A stretch of 64,000 bases of DNA, from the NCBI GenBank assembly GCA_012026655.1, contig JAAILG010000027.1, positions 124,001-188,000 on the forward strand. Reading direction: 5' to 3'. Positions 50,880 to 62,935 of this stretch are shown piece by piece. The notes beneath the pieces are model-generated. The model worked only from the letters and a program-made list of their open reading frames with translations, searched no databases and had not been told where the DNA came from. Source of the stretch: Hydrolagus affinis (Eukaryota). The number at the start of each line of letters is the position of its first letter. Position 1 is the first letter of the stretch. The translations under genes were made by a program, and so were the position numbers.

Positions 50880-51240
50880 AGTCAGTAGCTCTGAATCTGA
50901 AGTTAATAGGTTCAAGCCTCATGTTGTGACCTTCAGCTCAAAATCTAGGCTACACCCTCTCGCAGTGATGGGGAGCTGGGCATTTTCAGAGTTAGATATG
51001 ACACAAAACAAGGTCCCATCTTCCTGTTCAGCTAAATGCTAACGATCCCTTGGCATTATTCAAATAGAGAAGTGAGTTTCTCCCACTGAGTTGGTTATCA
51101 ATCCTAAAGACTGGTCATTCACATCATGACTATTTGTGGGACATTGCTGCATTCAAATTCTCTGCCAAGTTCACCTACAAATGTGCAGTCATTACACTTT
51201 GAAGTAAATACTATGAAGCATTTTGAGATGTTTAGATAAT
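50880..51240 (+). mobile_element. Old Deu-domain SINE
   Basis: ggttcaagcc head; gatcccttggcattattc; tttgtgggacattgctg; gaagcattttgagatg. Confidence 0.65.
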
Positions 51241-51289
51241 TCCAGTGGTTTCAAAGGTTTCCTGGGCACCTTGCTAATTGAGTTAAGTG

Positions 51290-51561
51290 ACCTACCATTG
51301 GCGGCCGCACTTTCAGCCTCTCTGCCCCACACTCTGGAACTCTATCCCAAAGTCCCTTCGCCTCGCTTCCTCCCTTGCCTCCTTTAAAGCCGGTCTCAAG
51401 ACCTTCCTTTTCATTCGTGCTTCTGCTGCACTCCCACCTCTCTCCCTCCCCCACTACCCTGCCCTTCCCCCATACTCGGGTCCCGACCCCTGACTGTTCA
51501 GTACCTTGGGATGTCCTCCCGACGTGAAGGGTGCTCTATAAATGCTTCGTTGTTGTTGTTG
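51290..51561 (+). mobile_element. L2 3' fragment
   Basis: PTLWNSIPKSLRLASSLASFKAGLKTFLF and the family tail with (ttg)n. Confidence 0.9.
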
Positions 51562-53419
51562 AAGAATTGTATTTGATATAGTGCCATATTTAAACATAGC
51601 AAAATACAGATCCCTTTTCCCCTTTCAATTTCCATGTCATATTCCTTCCTGTTATATTGTGAGCCAGTCTGGCACAGTCGGTAGCACTCTCACCTCTGAG
51701 TTAGAAGTTTGTGCATTCAAGCGCCACATCAGAATCCTAGCATTTACCTGCTCGTGATTTTGTGACAAGGCGTCATAGGAAATGATTATTATTCATCATT
51801 ACCCAATTAGAAGAGTTCCAAGGAAACATGGCCGATGCTTCTGAAACCACTGTAATTGTTTTCACACCCTTTCTGTGGGATGGCCCTCAACTCCACACAT
51901 TATCCAATAACCTACCGCTGAGTTGAATTTTTAAAAAATGATTACACAACATGAAGGAAAATAAATTGGCATATTTCCCATCTGGAACTCAAATAATACA
52001 GGACCCTCAGAGCAGAATGTCAGTTCTTGAAAACTACACCTAAAAATTATTATAATTAAGTTAATTCCTATTTCGAAGTAGACTATTCAAATGTCCAAAG
52101 TGATGGCAACAAAATTAAAATAACTTGGGATGCCTTTGATTTCCTGTCATAGTTTTGCAGGAATTAATAAGGAGCTAAATAATCTGATGTAATACCAGAA
52201 GATTCGTAAATGGGCTGACTGTCAAAAAGCTTTTAGCAACTAATTTATCAGTTATGCATTGTTTTTGTTTAAAATCAGCCAAAGCAGACCTGTATGGACA
52301 AGAAACAAAGCCACTCTGCTCCCTCAAACATTATATCATGTTGCCACTATGACGGATGAGTCTTCACTTCTCAGTAATTCGGTAAGAGGACTACCTTCAT
52401 ACAATCCAGGAACACTGTTTTGAAGCATTTCACTTTGCTCACTTTCAAAATTAACGATATGGTCTTCACCTACAACTCTGGCCCAAATCCCCCTGCTTCA
52501 GCTCGGTCTCTCCCCTTTGGTTAGGGCTTTAATGCTCCACCAATTTTAATTAATCTCCATGATGGCTAAAATTTCAATGAATTTTACATTGCTGCCCTAC
52601 CTGCATACATCTTATTATATGTATAATGTATTTTAAAATAAAAGAGACTCCAAGCTTTGTTGTAACCGTGCTTGCAATTCCACTCCCATTCTCTGGATCT
52701 CCAACTTGAAGACCCTCCAACTTGCTCCCTTGACTCATTGAAGACCTATTTCAAGTTGTAGCTCTTTGCCTGTGCTTTTGGTCATCTTTCCCGTCCCCAC
52801 CCTTTTCAGACTCCATTCCAGCTGGTAGTATGAAGCACTTTGAGCTGTCCTCCGCAGGCACTTTATAAATGTAAATTGGATAGCTTTGTATTGTACTTTT
52901 CATTCTGGGGGCATCAAGTTCTGCAAGGTGCCAGGAGAGAGAGGCTGTTGTCTACCCTTGCGATGGGCCAGCAGCTTGGAAATATCACCAGTGTGTCAGA
53001 ACAGAACAAGCCTTTCCAAGCCTCCAAGCAAGCTGATATCCTAATCAACACACACACCACACATATATATATATATACACACACACACACATAGTACACT
53101 ATGAGTCTCTGCTTCTGTCAAATCATGTCACTTTCTGTGTTCTGGGACTGACTCTCCTACAATTGACCTTGGAAGACAGATATAAGATGTGCTGTGGATA
53201 TCAGCTCCCAATGGTGGAAAATCAATGTGAAGAATGTTTAGATGATCCGTGGTACAACGGTAGATGCACTTTCCAAACTACCCTTCCCCCAGTCATCTTC
53301 TCCCCTCCTAAAGCTGGTGACTCATGCTGAATACAGTTCCCAACACAACAGCTGCCCGCCAGTACCTTGTGCAAGTGATAGTTTTCCACATTTGAGATTG
53401 TTAAGAATATTTATTGCAC

Positions 53420-53840
53420 TTGAAGGTAAGTGCATTTGGAAAGCCTTTGGAAAGCCTTATCACAATGAAATGTCTCAACGTATTTCAGAAGTTTTAAATG
53501 TAGATACTATGTTTTTGTAGGTGAAACTAGCAGCCAATTTGCACAATCAATGTCCCACAAACATGCAGGAGATGACTGACTAAGTTAACTAGGCGACTTG
53601 TGGGCCAGGAGAACAGAAGAAACTCCCTTGTTTTTTCAAAGAATGTAGTGGGTTCTTTAATGTCCATCTGGGTAGGCAAAGTGGGCCTCAGTGTAATATC
53701 TCATCAGGAAGACAGCAGCTCAAACAATCTAGCATACTCACAGGAACACATAGAAGTGTTAGCAATAGACCATGAGCTCAATGGCCATGACATGGGTCTT
53801 GAACTCACAAACATTTGATCCAGAAGCAAACATCAATTCA
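53420..53840 (-). mobile_element. Old Deu-domain SINE
   Basis: cagccaatttgcaca..tcccacaaac..tctcatcaggaagacagc..cttgaactcacaaac. Confidence 0.65.
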
Positions 53841-54649
53841 ACTATAGTAATAGTTAACAAAAAGTAATGTGAGGTCCTACATTTTTACCATGGTAACTTT
53901 GACACCAATGCCTTAATTTTTTAGATTGTGCAAAAGTGCTGAAAAGCTTAAATTCAGCCTTAAATTGGCAACCGGTTATCCACACAATTTTTTTGAAAAA
54001 ATTGCTCAGAACAGCATCTTCAGAACTACAATAATATTTCATTATTTGCAAAGTTAGGCATATTATTAAGACAATGTTCTACTTATTACCAATAATAATT
54101 CTTGCATTTGATGTGGCGCCTTTCATGTCGGGAGGGCATCTTCAAAGGATTTAACTATAAAAGAGCAGTGACTTGTGTTTTGTAGGCTAGCTGTCGCACA
54201 GCAATAAGGATCAGACAATGAGTAATTTAGGGCCCTTGGGGCAGGAAGTGGGGTGAATTTCATCCCCCCATGTCCTCAGACATTGAAATCAACAGTAGCC
54301 AGACTCAGTTAAGACACAGGGATCAAACCAAGCACCTTCCATGGCTCGACAGACCCAGTCTCATATACAAGACAGTTTGGGAGAAACCATGGGCATTACA
54401 TATATTAATTAGCCCATCTTTCCACTGCTGTTACAAAAGATTATTAATTCTTAGAATACTGTATATAGCTGCACAGATTGGCAGTAAACAAAAAATGGAC
54501 CTGGGCCAAGATCAATTGAATTGGAGGACAGCAGATTTTCACAGTTTGCTTGATCTGTGCTTTGATTTTTTTTCATTCCTGCTACCTTTCCTTATGCATT
54601 CCCTCAGTAATCATTGGTTAAACACATTCATGTGTAAGCCTTGCCACTG

Positions 54650-54745
54650 AGAGAATGAGGAGACTTTCATCCTACCAGTCCAGGCTGGATTGAAGCCCAG
54701 CCGGCAGAGGTGAAAGGGCAGTGCACTATCCACTGGGTGACCTCG
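54650..54745 (-). mobile_element. LF-SINE-like tRNA head fragment
   Basis: Reverse strand gccctttcacctctgccggctgggcttcaatccagcctggactggtaggatgaaagtc resembles the LF-SINE 5' region (ctttcacctct..ttcgaatccagcccagg..gaaagtc), recalled rather than aligned. Confidence 0.45.
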
Positions 54746-55239
54746 TCTGTAGTGGAGGTAATTTTTGTTCAACAAAAAAGATCAGCCAATTGTCTTAAAG
54801 AAAGAGTAAATGGAAATTGAATCAGATTTCTTAAAAGAAAAAACACATGTTTTTTCTGTCTCTGATGAGAGAGAGGCATGAACTTCCATCTTTTTTTCTA
54901 CCAAGAAGGCTATTTGTCTTAAAATTCATGGTAGCACAGAATCATGAAAGATTCTTAAATCTGCAAGCTGCTTTTCTCCAGTTCTTTAAAAGGAACAGGC
55001 TTCCAAAGTAAAATTGAATTGTAAAAATTTTCTAAAATGCTACACACTCCAAAATTTGAACTCATTATGATTTAAAAGCTGGTGAAATGTTGTGTCTGTG
55101 GTTGATGGACATTTGCATGAGCTCCTTGTTTCGCAGATTAAAGCACCATCTCCAACAAGCCCCAAAGTGAAATGACTGTACCTGAAGGGCATTATATAAA
55201 TACAAGTTGCAGTTGTTGTATGCATGTTAGACTAAGGGT

Positions 55240-55660
55240 CAAAGAATTCAAGATCCTCGTCCTCATTTTCAAGGCCATTCACGGCCTTGCTCTCTCTGAC
55301 TTGCTGTCTCCTGCCCATCCCCTCCGTTCAACGGGCTTTGGCCTGCTCCACATCCCCTGCCCGAACCACCCTAACATCGGTGGCCGGGTTTTCAGCCTCT
55401 TTGCCCCCAGACTCTGCAACTCCATCCCGCAATCCCTTCACCTCGCTTCCTCCCTTTCCTCCTTTAGAACCTTTCTCTTCGACTGTGCCTTCTGCTCCCC
55501 TCCTAACTCTCCCCCCTTGCCTACTCTCCTTCCCCCTATCCCGACACCCCCCCACCCACCACCCCCTCCACGCTCGGGTCCCAACCTAACTGTTCAATGC
55601 CTGGGATGTCCTCCCGACGTGAAAGGTGCTTTATAAGTGTAATTTTGTTGTTGTTGTCGT
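55240..55660 (+). mobile_element. L2 3' fragment
   Basis: EFKILVLIFKAIHGLA..GGRVFSLFAPRLCNSIP; tail gggatgtcctcccgacgtgaaagg..(ttg)n. Confidence 0.9.
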
Positions 55661-57904
55661 TATTACTACACTCAGATTAGTCACAGGTACGTTAACATTG
55701 TAAGCCTGTTGTAAGCATGTGTAGAATTGTAGTAAATTCTTACAATTCAGTTTTATTTCGGAAACTTGTTCCTTTTAAAGAACTGGAAAAGCAGCTTCCA
55801 GATTTAAGAATTTTCCACGATTCTGCCCTACTATGCATTTTAAGACAAATATCCTTACCTGAGAAAACCGTACCTGTACACGTTTCCAAGCATCCCGAGT
55901 GAAACATTACTGCTTCTGCCTAAGCGACAATAAATCAAAAGGTGTTTTGTTTGTTGGCACACATGGAAATCCTATCAGCCCATTAAAATGTAGTGTTCTT
56001 TTGCCAAAATCCCATATGCTTTCAGCCCGAAGAGATGAAAAATAAGGTGTTCAGGCGAAACAGGATTTTATTTTACAAAGAACAGCAGGAGCCCATTGCT
56101 AAAAGTGTCTGAAGACTGCCAGAGATATGTATTCACCATCTGCAAAACAGATTTTCATTAAATAGATCAGTTTAATGCTGTCTCGCACGTCATGTGACTC
56201 CTGCCATCCATCTCTCAACCTTTAGCCCTTTTCAAGCACAGTTTCAGCCCCTGCCATCTTTCAGTGCTGTTGTTCCTTCACAAGAAGCTAAGCAATGTTC
56301 TTGAACCTGTCCAGTCATAACACAACAACTGCTATTGTTAATCAATAAGCTGTAATTTGATCACAGGAACTCAGATGATTCTCACAAAACATTTTATTAG
56401 CTTTTTCTGCATGTTACTCCTTCCTTTTAAAGTAATGCAAGTGAGACTTCTTCTTTCTAGCTGTATTTTAAAATTGATCTTAACATCACAGCTCCAAAGA
56501 ATGTTTAAGAAATTCTGCTTTGCAGCCACAGATAAGAGCTCAGTTCTTAAGATCTCAGTGCAATGTAATACCATAGAATGTGGCTTTGGAAAGCAGACTG
56601 TTTGATTCAACATTTATGTCCAATTTAAGATTTATTGGCTCATGCTCTAAATAGTCTACACCAAGTATTAAAAATAACAGCACCTCACCCATCCCAGAAC
56701 AGGTGCAATTCCCCATGATCAATATGTGACTAACTCAGAGCGTGTGTCAATATACAACACACAGAAAATCTCTCTGTGTAGGCTCCAAAAAATTTTGTGT
56801 GCAAGTAATTTTGTTTAATTGTACTGTAACTCAGAACCACAATCATTTTTCCATTTGCTCTGAAAGAACCTATTCAAGAAATGTCCCTGGTGCAGCCTGA
56901 CTGCTGGCATGTGCGGCTCCCAGATCTTTGTAAGAACTTTAAAATGCAGCCAAGATGCCAACTTTCTGATTCCTAAATTCCACGGCCACCCCCCCACCCC
57001 ACCTTCCTTCCATCCCACTGGTTCCTGGCCAGCCAAGTTGCTCATTAGATGACATCGCAGAGGCAAATCTGACCGATTCAGGGCAAGGTACCCCGTTAAT
57101 AAATGGCTGAATCAATCGATATATCTCATATAAAAGACTAGTTGGAGAAGAGCGTTGAGTTATCCATCAAAAGCAACTGATTTAACTAATAGTCACCCAT
57201 ACAGTTAATTACACAAAGCACAATTTTAGTTTGTCTTTGCATAAGCAGTTAAGTGGTTGGACAGTCGTGATTTTGTCTCACAGTGACTGCTGTCGTCATT
57301 CACAGTAATTTGAGCACCAGGTTGTTTGCCAGTTTGATTCCCGCATTTATTGGATTCAGTTCATTTTGAATCACCTTATTCATATGAATAAAGCAACAAG
57401 GTGTCCTTTGCCTCCCATCACCCTCCACATGAAAATTAAACAATCCTCTGTGCTCTCAAACTAAGCACACAAGATCACCATTGGAGCTTTGATCTCACCA
57501 GCCCACCCTCTTCACATTACAGCATCAAATGAATTAATCCATGGAAATAAATCTTAAATGAATCCATGGAAATGTTTTGGAATCCGTGCATCGCTCTTTA
57601 CATAAATAAATACTTCCTGATATCTGTCCCAATTGTCCTTCCCAAACTGAAGCTACTCATGTGCATCATCTTGTCTGTAATCCCACAAAGCACTTCAAAG
57701 TTTTGCTGTGAAATGTGGTGACCGTGCAAGCAAACGGGGCAGTTAATTTGCATGCAGCAATGTCTCACAAACATGAAGTGAATGATCAATTTTTGGGGGG
57801 TGTTTGTTGGCCATGTCGCCGGGAGAAACTCCCTTCTCTTTTAGAATTGTGCCTTGGGAACTTTAACGTTCAACTGAACAGGCAGACGGAGGCTCGGTTT
57901 AATG

Positions 57905-58695
57905 CAGGTATCCCTCCGCAACCGCCCTATGGGAAACACGGGGATACGGGGAGTAAATTTACTTTTTCGCGGTTGGGAAATGCAGGGCCCTATGCGAAAC
58001 ATGGGGATAGGGGAAGTAAGTTTGCATTTAGTAAAACTAAACACAAAANNNNNNNNNNNNNNNNNNNNNNNNNNNNNNNNNNNNNNNNNNNNNNNNNNNN
58101 NNNNNNNNNNNNNNNNNNNNNNNNNNNNNNNNNNNNNNNNNNNNNNNNATGGAGGGCTGGGGCAGGGGGGTGACACAGAGGGCTGGGGGGGCGTAACACA
58201 GAGGGCTCGGGGGGTGATATGGAGGGTTGGCGGGGCTGGAGAAGGTGAGAGAGAAGGAGGGGGTGGGGAGAGAGGTTGTGGGGAAGAGAAGGTGTTTCAG
58301 AGAGAGAGAAGGTGAGATAGAGAAAAGGGGGGGTGGGGGGGAGGGGAAGAGAAGGTGAAATAGAGAGATGAGAGCGAGAATGGGGGTGAGGGAAGGGGTG
58401 GGGGGGGGGATGGGGGGAAGGCAATGCTCCCAAATTTACTCGCTAGGCTGTGGAGAAGTGACAATAAATGCATGTTAACTGTATTTACCTTAATCCTAAG
58501 AGAGAAGCGTTGTCGCTGGTTGATTGCAACATCACAACTGGGTCCTAGTGCTATTGGCTAACTGTTCGAAAATTTAAACCCGCGGATTTAAAACACGGAT
58601 GTGCAAAATGCGGTTTGCGAGGGTTGTCGCATTTAGCAAACTGTGGATACATGAGTTTTGTGGTTGGCAAGGCCATAGTTGGGGCGGGATACCTA
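57905..58695. mobile_element. Tigger-like non-autonomous DNA transposon (spans a gap)
   Basis: TIRs CAGGTATCCCTCCGCAAC / GTTGGGGCGGGATACCTA (15/18), TA at the right flank; internal ~43-bp direct repeat at 57924 and 57987; G-rich interior. Confidence 0.7.
58049..58148. other. Assembly gap
   Basis: 100-N run. Confidence 1.
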
Positions 58696-58981
58696 TATAT
58701 CATCTGAAAGACAGCACCTCCGACAATGCAGCGCTCGCTCAGCACTACATTGGAGTGTCAGTCTAGACTTTATGAGCTCCAAGTCTCAACTTGGGGATTG
58801 AACTCACCACCTTCTGATTCAGAAGTGAGGGTGCCACCGACTGGCATCACAACAGTCACTTCTCTCTGCCCAACACCAGACCAATATTCATGGAGTGAAA
58901 ATTGACTCCCTGACAGGAGCCAGTCTGAATTCAGCATAGACTATTCTAAATCTCTATATCTGAAACCACCTTCTGATTAGT

Positions 58982-59293
58982 GGAGTCCTGTAGCTCAGTG
59001 GTTAGAGCACTTGCTTTACAAGTGTGAGACCTGTGTTTCGAATCCAGGTAGGTCAGGTCGAAATCTTGGTCAAGTTTCCTTACTCCACACTCCTAATAAT
59101 AATCCATTTAAAAAATCTTATATTTGGTCATTTCAATCCACGACTGTTTGTGGGACACTGCTATGCGCAATTGTCTGCCGCGTTTCTCCCACAAATATAC
59201 AGTCAATTCACTTTACAGCATATTCTGTGAAGCGTTTTAAGACGTCTAGAGGACGCGAAAAGTGCTATATCAAAATACAGTACAAGGAATATT
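58982..59293 (+). mobile_element. Full-length tRNA-head SINE, young family
   Basis: ggagtcctgtagctcagtggttagagc (box A), gtttcgaatcc (box B), Deu 3' block, L2-type tail. Confidence 0.9.
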
Positions 59294-61609
59294 AAATAGT
59301 GGAATTGAGGCCTTTTTGAAGTGGATAACTGTTCAGTCCATTTTTTTCAAGTACAATAACTTTCAATTATATAGCACTCTTCACATTGGGAAGCATCTCG
59401 GTGTGGCAGAGCCTGACAACAAGCTGGTAACCGTAAGCACAGTCGAAGAGGATAATCTTCAGTCATGATCTAAAAGAAGGGGGCAAGACTGAGACGGAGG
59501 CTTTGAGGGAGAGTTCCAAATCATTCAATGTGCTGTTTGGAGCCAGGCCCCCTGCTACTTACAGCCCAACAACAAAATGCATTAATTGTTTCTAAAAAAT
59601 AATCCTTGACATATGCAGTAAACTATTTTGTTCTGAAAAAGTTCAGATAACTGACTGCAGAAATCAAAGCTGCCCCATCAGGCAGAGGCACAGCGAGTGA
59701 AATGCACCCGTTCCATTTCCTACAGGATATAAATGCTCTTTGGTGCCATGGGACTTATTTTTAAATTGTTTGGATGCATTTTGGCAGCTCTTTTTGTCAG
59801 CCCATCTATGGTTTAATTGTCCACTTGGTGCCAAAGCATTCTGAAATGTTTTCATGAAAATGAGAGGAACTCAAAACACCCACCTTAAACAAAATCAAAT
59901 AATGAAAGGCACAAACACAAAGATGCGACAGAAGAGGGGAACAATTACATTAAATCTCATTTTTAAAAAGGAAATAAGAATGTAAATAGTTTCCAATTGC
60001 AAGACAGCAATTCTGCATGTGTGCTGGCTTTAAGGAAAATAGTAACAGGAGGAGACTATTTAAGCCATCAAGCTTTCATTTTCCCACTCTTTTCCCACCC
60101 CCTTTAATACTACTTGACATAACTGTAAACGATCAGTGTCCGTACATTAGCATGAAACAAAATTCCACAGAACAACTGAGAGTTTGCAGCACATAAGGAG
60201 GTTATTTGGCTCACTATGCCTATGCTGGAGTATCTCTAGAGAATTATTATTATTATCATTGCATTACCCTGATATTCCCTGATAAATATTGTTTTTCTTC
60301 AAGTATTTATCCAAATCTCTTTCAAATTTTGTAATGGATTCAGCTATCTGTGGTAAGATTTCCCATAATCTAATCCTGCTCATACTGATTTAAGAGGATC
60401 CCAAGCAGGAACTGTGGTAGAAATGGAATGCCATTCTCCACAACACATACAATCACTACACTTTTCAATATATCCTGTGTAGAGATTTGAGACGATGTGA
60501 AAGGAGCTATATCAAATGTAAGGTTTATTATCATTATTATTTTTTGAAAAGCAGTGTGAATATCGCTTCATAAGGTGGTCCAATTTGTCAGATTCACAGT
60601 GTCATATTTATATACTGTACTTAAGATTTTAAAAAAGAAGCAAACTTCAATGGGAAAGTGCAGAAAATGCTAACATTTGAGTTTTAAATCTGGATATCAT
60701 AAGAACTTCCACAGAGTTCTGCATCTGACCTAACAATCTGCAACTCTGAACAGTGATGGGCAGATAGAAAGACTTCCTTGCTCTGAATTGAATGCTCAGC
60801 TTGTTGAGGTTGAGTTCATCCACAACAGAGCAATCAGGGAGTGTATGGCAAGCACTTGACAGCCTATCCACTGGGCCTGTTCACCATAATAGTTACATAT
60901 TTCTTGATTACCAGTGACACAAAAGGTTTTCCCATTAATACTAAGGCCTCTGAAATTTCCGAGATTCCACAGCTGTTTGCAAAATTCTCAAGAGAAAAAC
61001 TCAATGGAGACCATTATCAGCCTTTCAAGTTCAGGACGGGTGGAGGCTCAATCCTCACTTGAGATGGAGAGGAAGATATTTTTTTCATGAGATGGAACCA
61101 TTTGAATATATTGTGGTTAGCTGGGTGTTGGACATAGTAGAAACCCATCATTGTGCTTAAGAGTATACAAACCAGACTAAAAGTTCCACATATGTATTTG
61201 ATCCACACATGGAAATTTCCATGTCTGGAATGGAATGTGGTCTCTCTCCCCAGAGGAAGGCATCCTGCAAACCTAATTCTGGCGAGTATAAGGAGCAGAT
61301 TGGCAAGGCTTGGGGACACAGGTATATATATTGGGGTACTGCTAGAGTTTAACCAGCTAAAATTGCACAACTTGCTATTGAGCAGCTGTCTGACAAGACT
61401 ATTAGCCCCGGCCACCCTACTTATTAGGGCTTTGGCTTTCAGGGATAACTGGAGCTGAGTGAGAAGAAGCCTTGCTACTCAGTATCTGTTTGTGCAGATG
61501 CACCTGGTTGACTAGTCCATCATCCGCAGTGCCCTTGAGTACTGGAGACCCTTCTGATACAGGAACAGGACTACCAAGATCACCACAGAGGTTGACTTTA
61601 TTTCATTGT

Positions 61610-61930
61610 GGAGTCCTGCAGCTCAGTGGTTAGAGCACTCGCCTTACAAGCGTAAGCCCCGTTTCGAATCCAGGCAGGTCAGGGTGAAACTTTGGGCAAG
61701 TTTCCTTACTCCACACTCCTAATAATAATCCATCCCAAAAAAAATGCATTAATAAAATTGGTCATTTCAATCCAAGACTGTTTGTGGGACACTGCTGTGT
61801 GCAATTGGCTGCTGCATTTCGTCCACAAGTATATAGTCAATTCACTTTACAGTATATTCTGTGAAGCGCTTTGAGACGCCTAGAAGACGTGAAAAGCGCT
61901 ATATCAAATGCAAGGATTATTATTATCATT
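61610..61930 (+). mobile_element. Full-length tRNA(Val)-like-head SINE, young family
   Basis: ggagtcctgcagctcagtggttagagcactcgccttacaagcg..gtttcgaatcc; tail gtgaagcgctttgagacgcctagaagacgtgaaaagcgctatatcaaatgcaaggattattatt. Confidence 0.92.
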
Positions 61931-61994
61931 AATTTGTTGCTAAGAAAGTACAGATGAAGACTAGTCCAGGTATCAAAACATGACTGTGTATATC

Positions 61995-62330
61995 ATAAAA
62001 CTCAAAATATTGCAGATGCTCGAAATCTGAAACAGAAATCACTGGAAACACTCAGCAGGTCAGGCAATATCTATGGAGAAAGGAAAGTGAGTCAATGTTT
62101 CAGGTGCACGACCCTTCGTCAGAACTGGAACATGTTGGGAGGGAGAGGCTTTTAAGTACTAACAGAGTGTGGAGGCAGAGCAAGGAAGACAAAGGAAAAA
62201 TGGGGTAGGGGACAGAAGATGATAGGTTAAAGCAGTGTTAATGGTGCAAAACAAAGTGGGTATTGCAACAAAAAAGGAGAGAAGGTGTTATTAATGCAAA
62301 ACCAAACAGAGTTGGTGGGGGAATTGCTCA
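61995..62330 (-). mobile_element. Penelope-like element terminal repeat
   Basis: gcagatgctcgaaatctgaaacagaaa..ctcagcaggtcaggca..gtttcaggtgcacgacccttcgtcagaac; homologous to 25460-25582, 37330-37430 and 39065-39208. Confidence 0.75.
62090..62126 (-). ncRNA. Minimal hammerhead-ribozyme-like motif (probably degenerate)
   Basis: Minus strand AGUU-CUGACGA-AGGGUCGUGCACCU-GAAAC-AUU-GACU: both catalytic boxes, a short stem II and stem I AGUU/GACU. Confidence 0.55.
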
Positions 62331-62634
62331 GGCAGACCAGAGAGAAAAGTTGTGTCTGGGACCCAGATGATGTGATAATGATCACAGAAGAGGGGGAGGG
62401 GGATGTGGAAGGTGAGCTGTTATGGTCTGAAATTGCTGAAATCAATATTGAGATTGATTTCAACAAATTGATTGATTGTGTATCCCTCATACAGTGTAAG
62501 CTCACTATAAAATCTCTTCCACGGGGCAGTATAAAATAGAAAAGCAAAGTTGCAGGAAGAATTGCAATGTGTAGAAGAAAAGAATCTCAATTTGGGGGTC
62601 ATAAATGAAAACATGCTCAGTGTAGAACTACTCA

Positions 62635-62935
62635 GCAATCCTCAGAGTACACATTGCAGATGAAGCGTAGTGTAAAGTATCTGACAAAACTCATAGCTGT
62701 AGTGCGACTGAGGGAATCCCTTGTACAGTTTGAAAAAGGGAAATCAATTGTAGAGTCTAGAAAAGAGAATCAATTGTACAATCTGAACAAGGGGAATCTC
62801 CCATACAGTGTCTGAAGGGCATCCCTCATACAGTGTCAATGAGCGTAATCAATTGTACAACCTAAAGGAGGAGAATCCCTCGAACAGTGTTACTGGGGCA
62901 GAAATCGCTCACACATTATGACTAAGGGAGTGTGC
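62635..62935. repeat. Degenerate minisatellite, ~26-28 bp unit (GAATCCCTCATACAGTGT..GAGG-like)
   Basis: aatccc/aatcaattgtaca/tacagtgt motifs recur about ten times at regular spacing. Confidence 0.75.

Larger units (their letters stand above)
57660..58845 (-). mobile_element. Old Deu-domain SINE split by a DNA transposon
   Basis: ..gctcggtttaatg | tatcatctgaaagacagcacctccgacaatgcagc.. are contiguous in the family sequence but separated here by 57905-58695. Confidence 0.75.

Noticed and set aside
58982-59055. Functional tRNA-Val genes at SINE heads (also 2503, 32506, 61610)
   Set aside because: No complete acceptor stem; the heads continue directly into SINE bodies.
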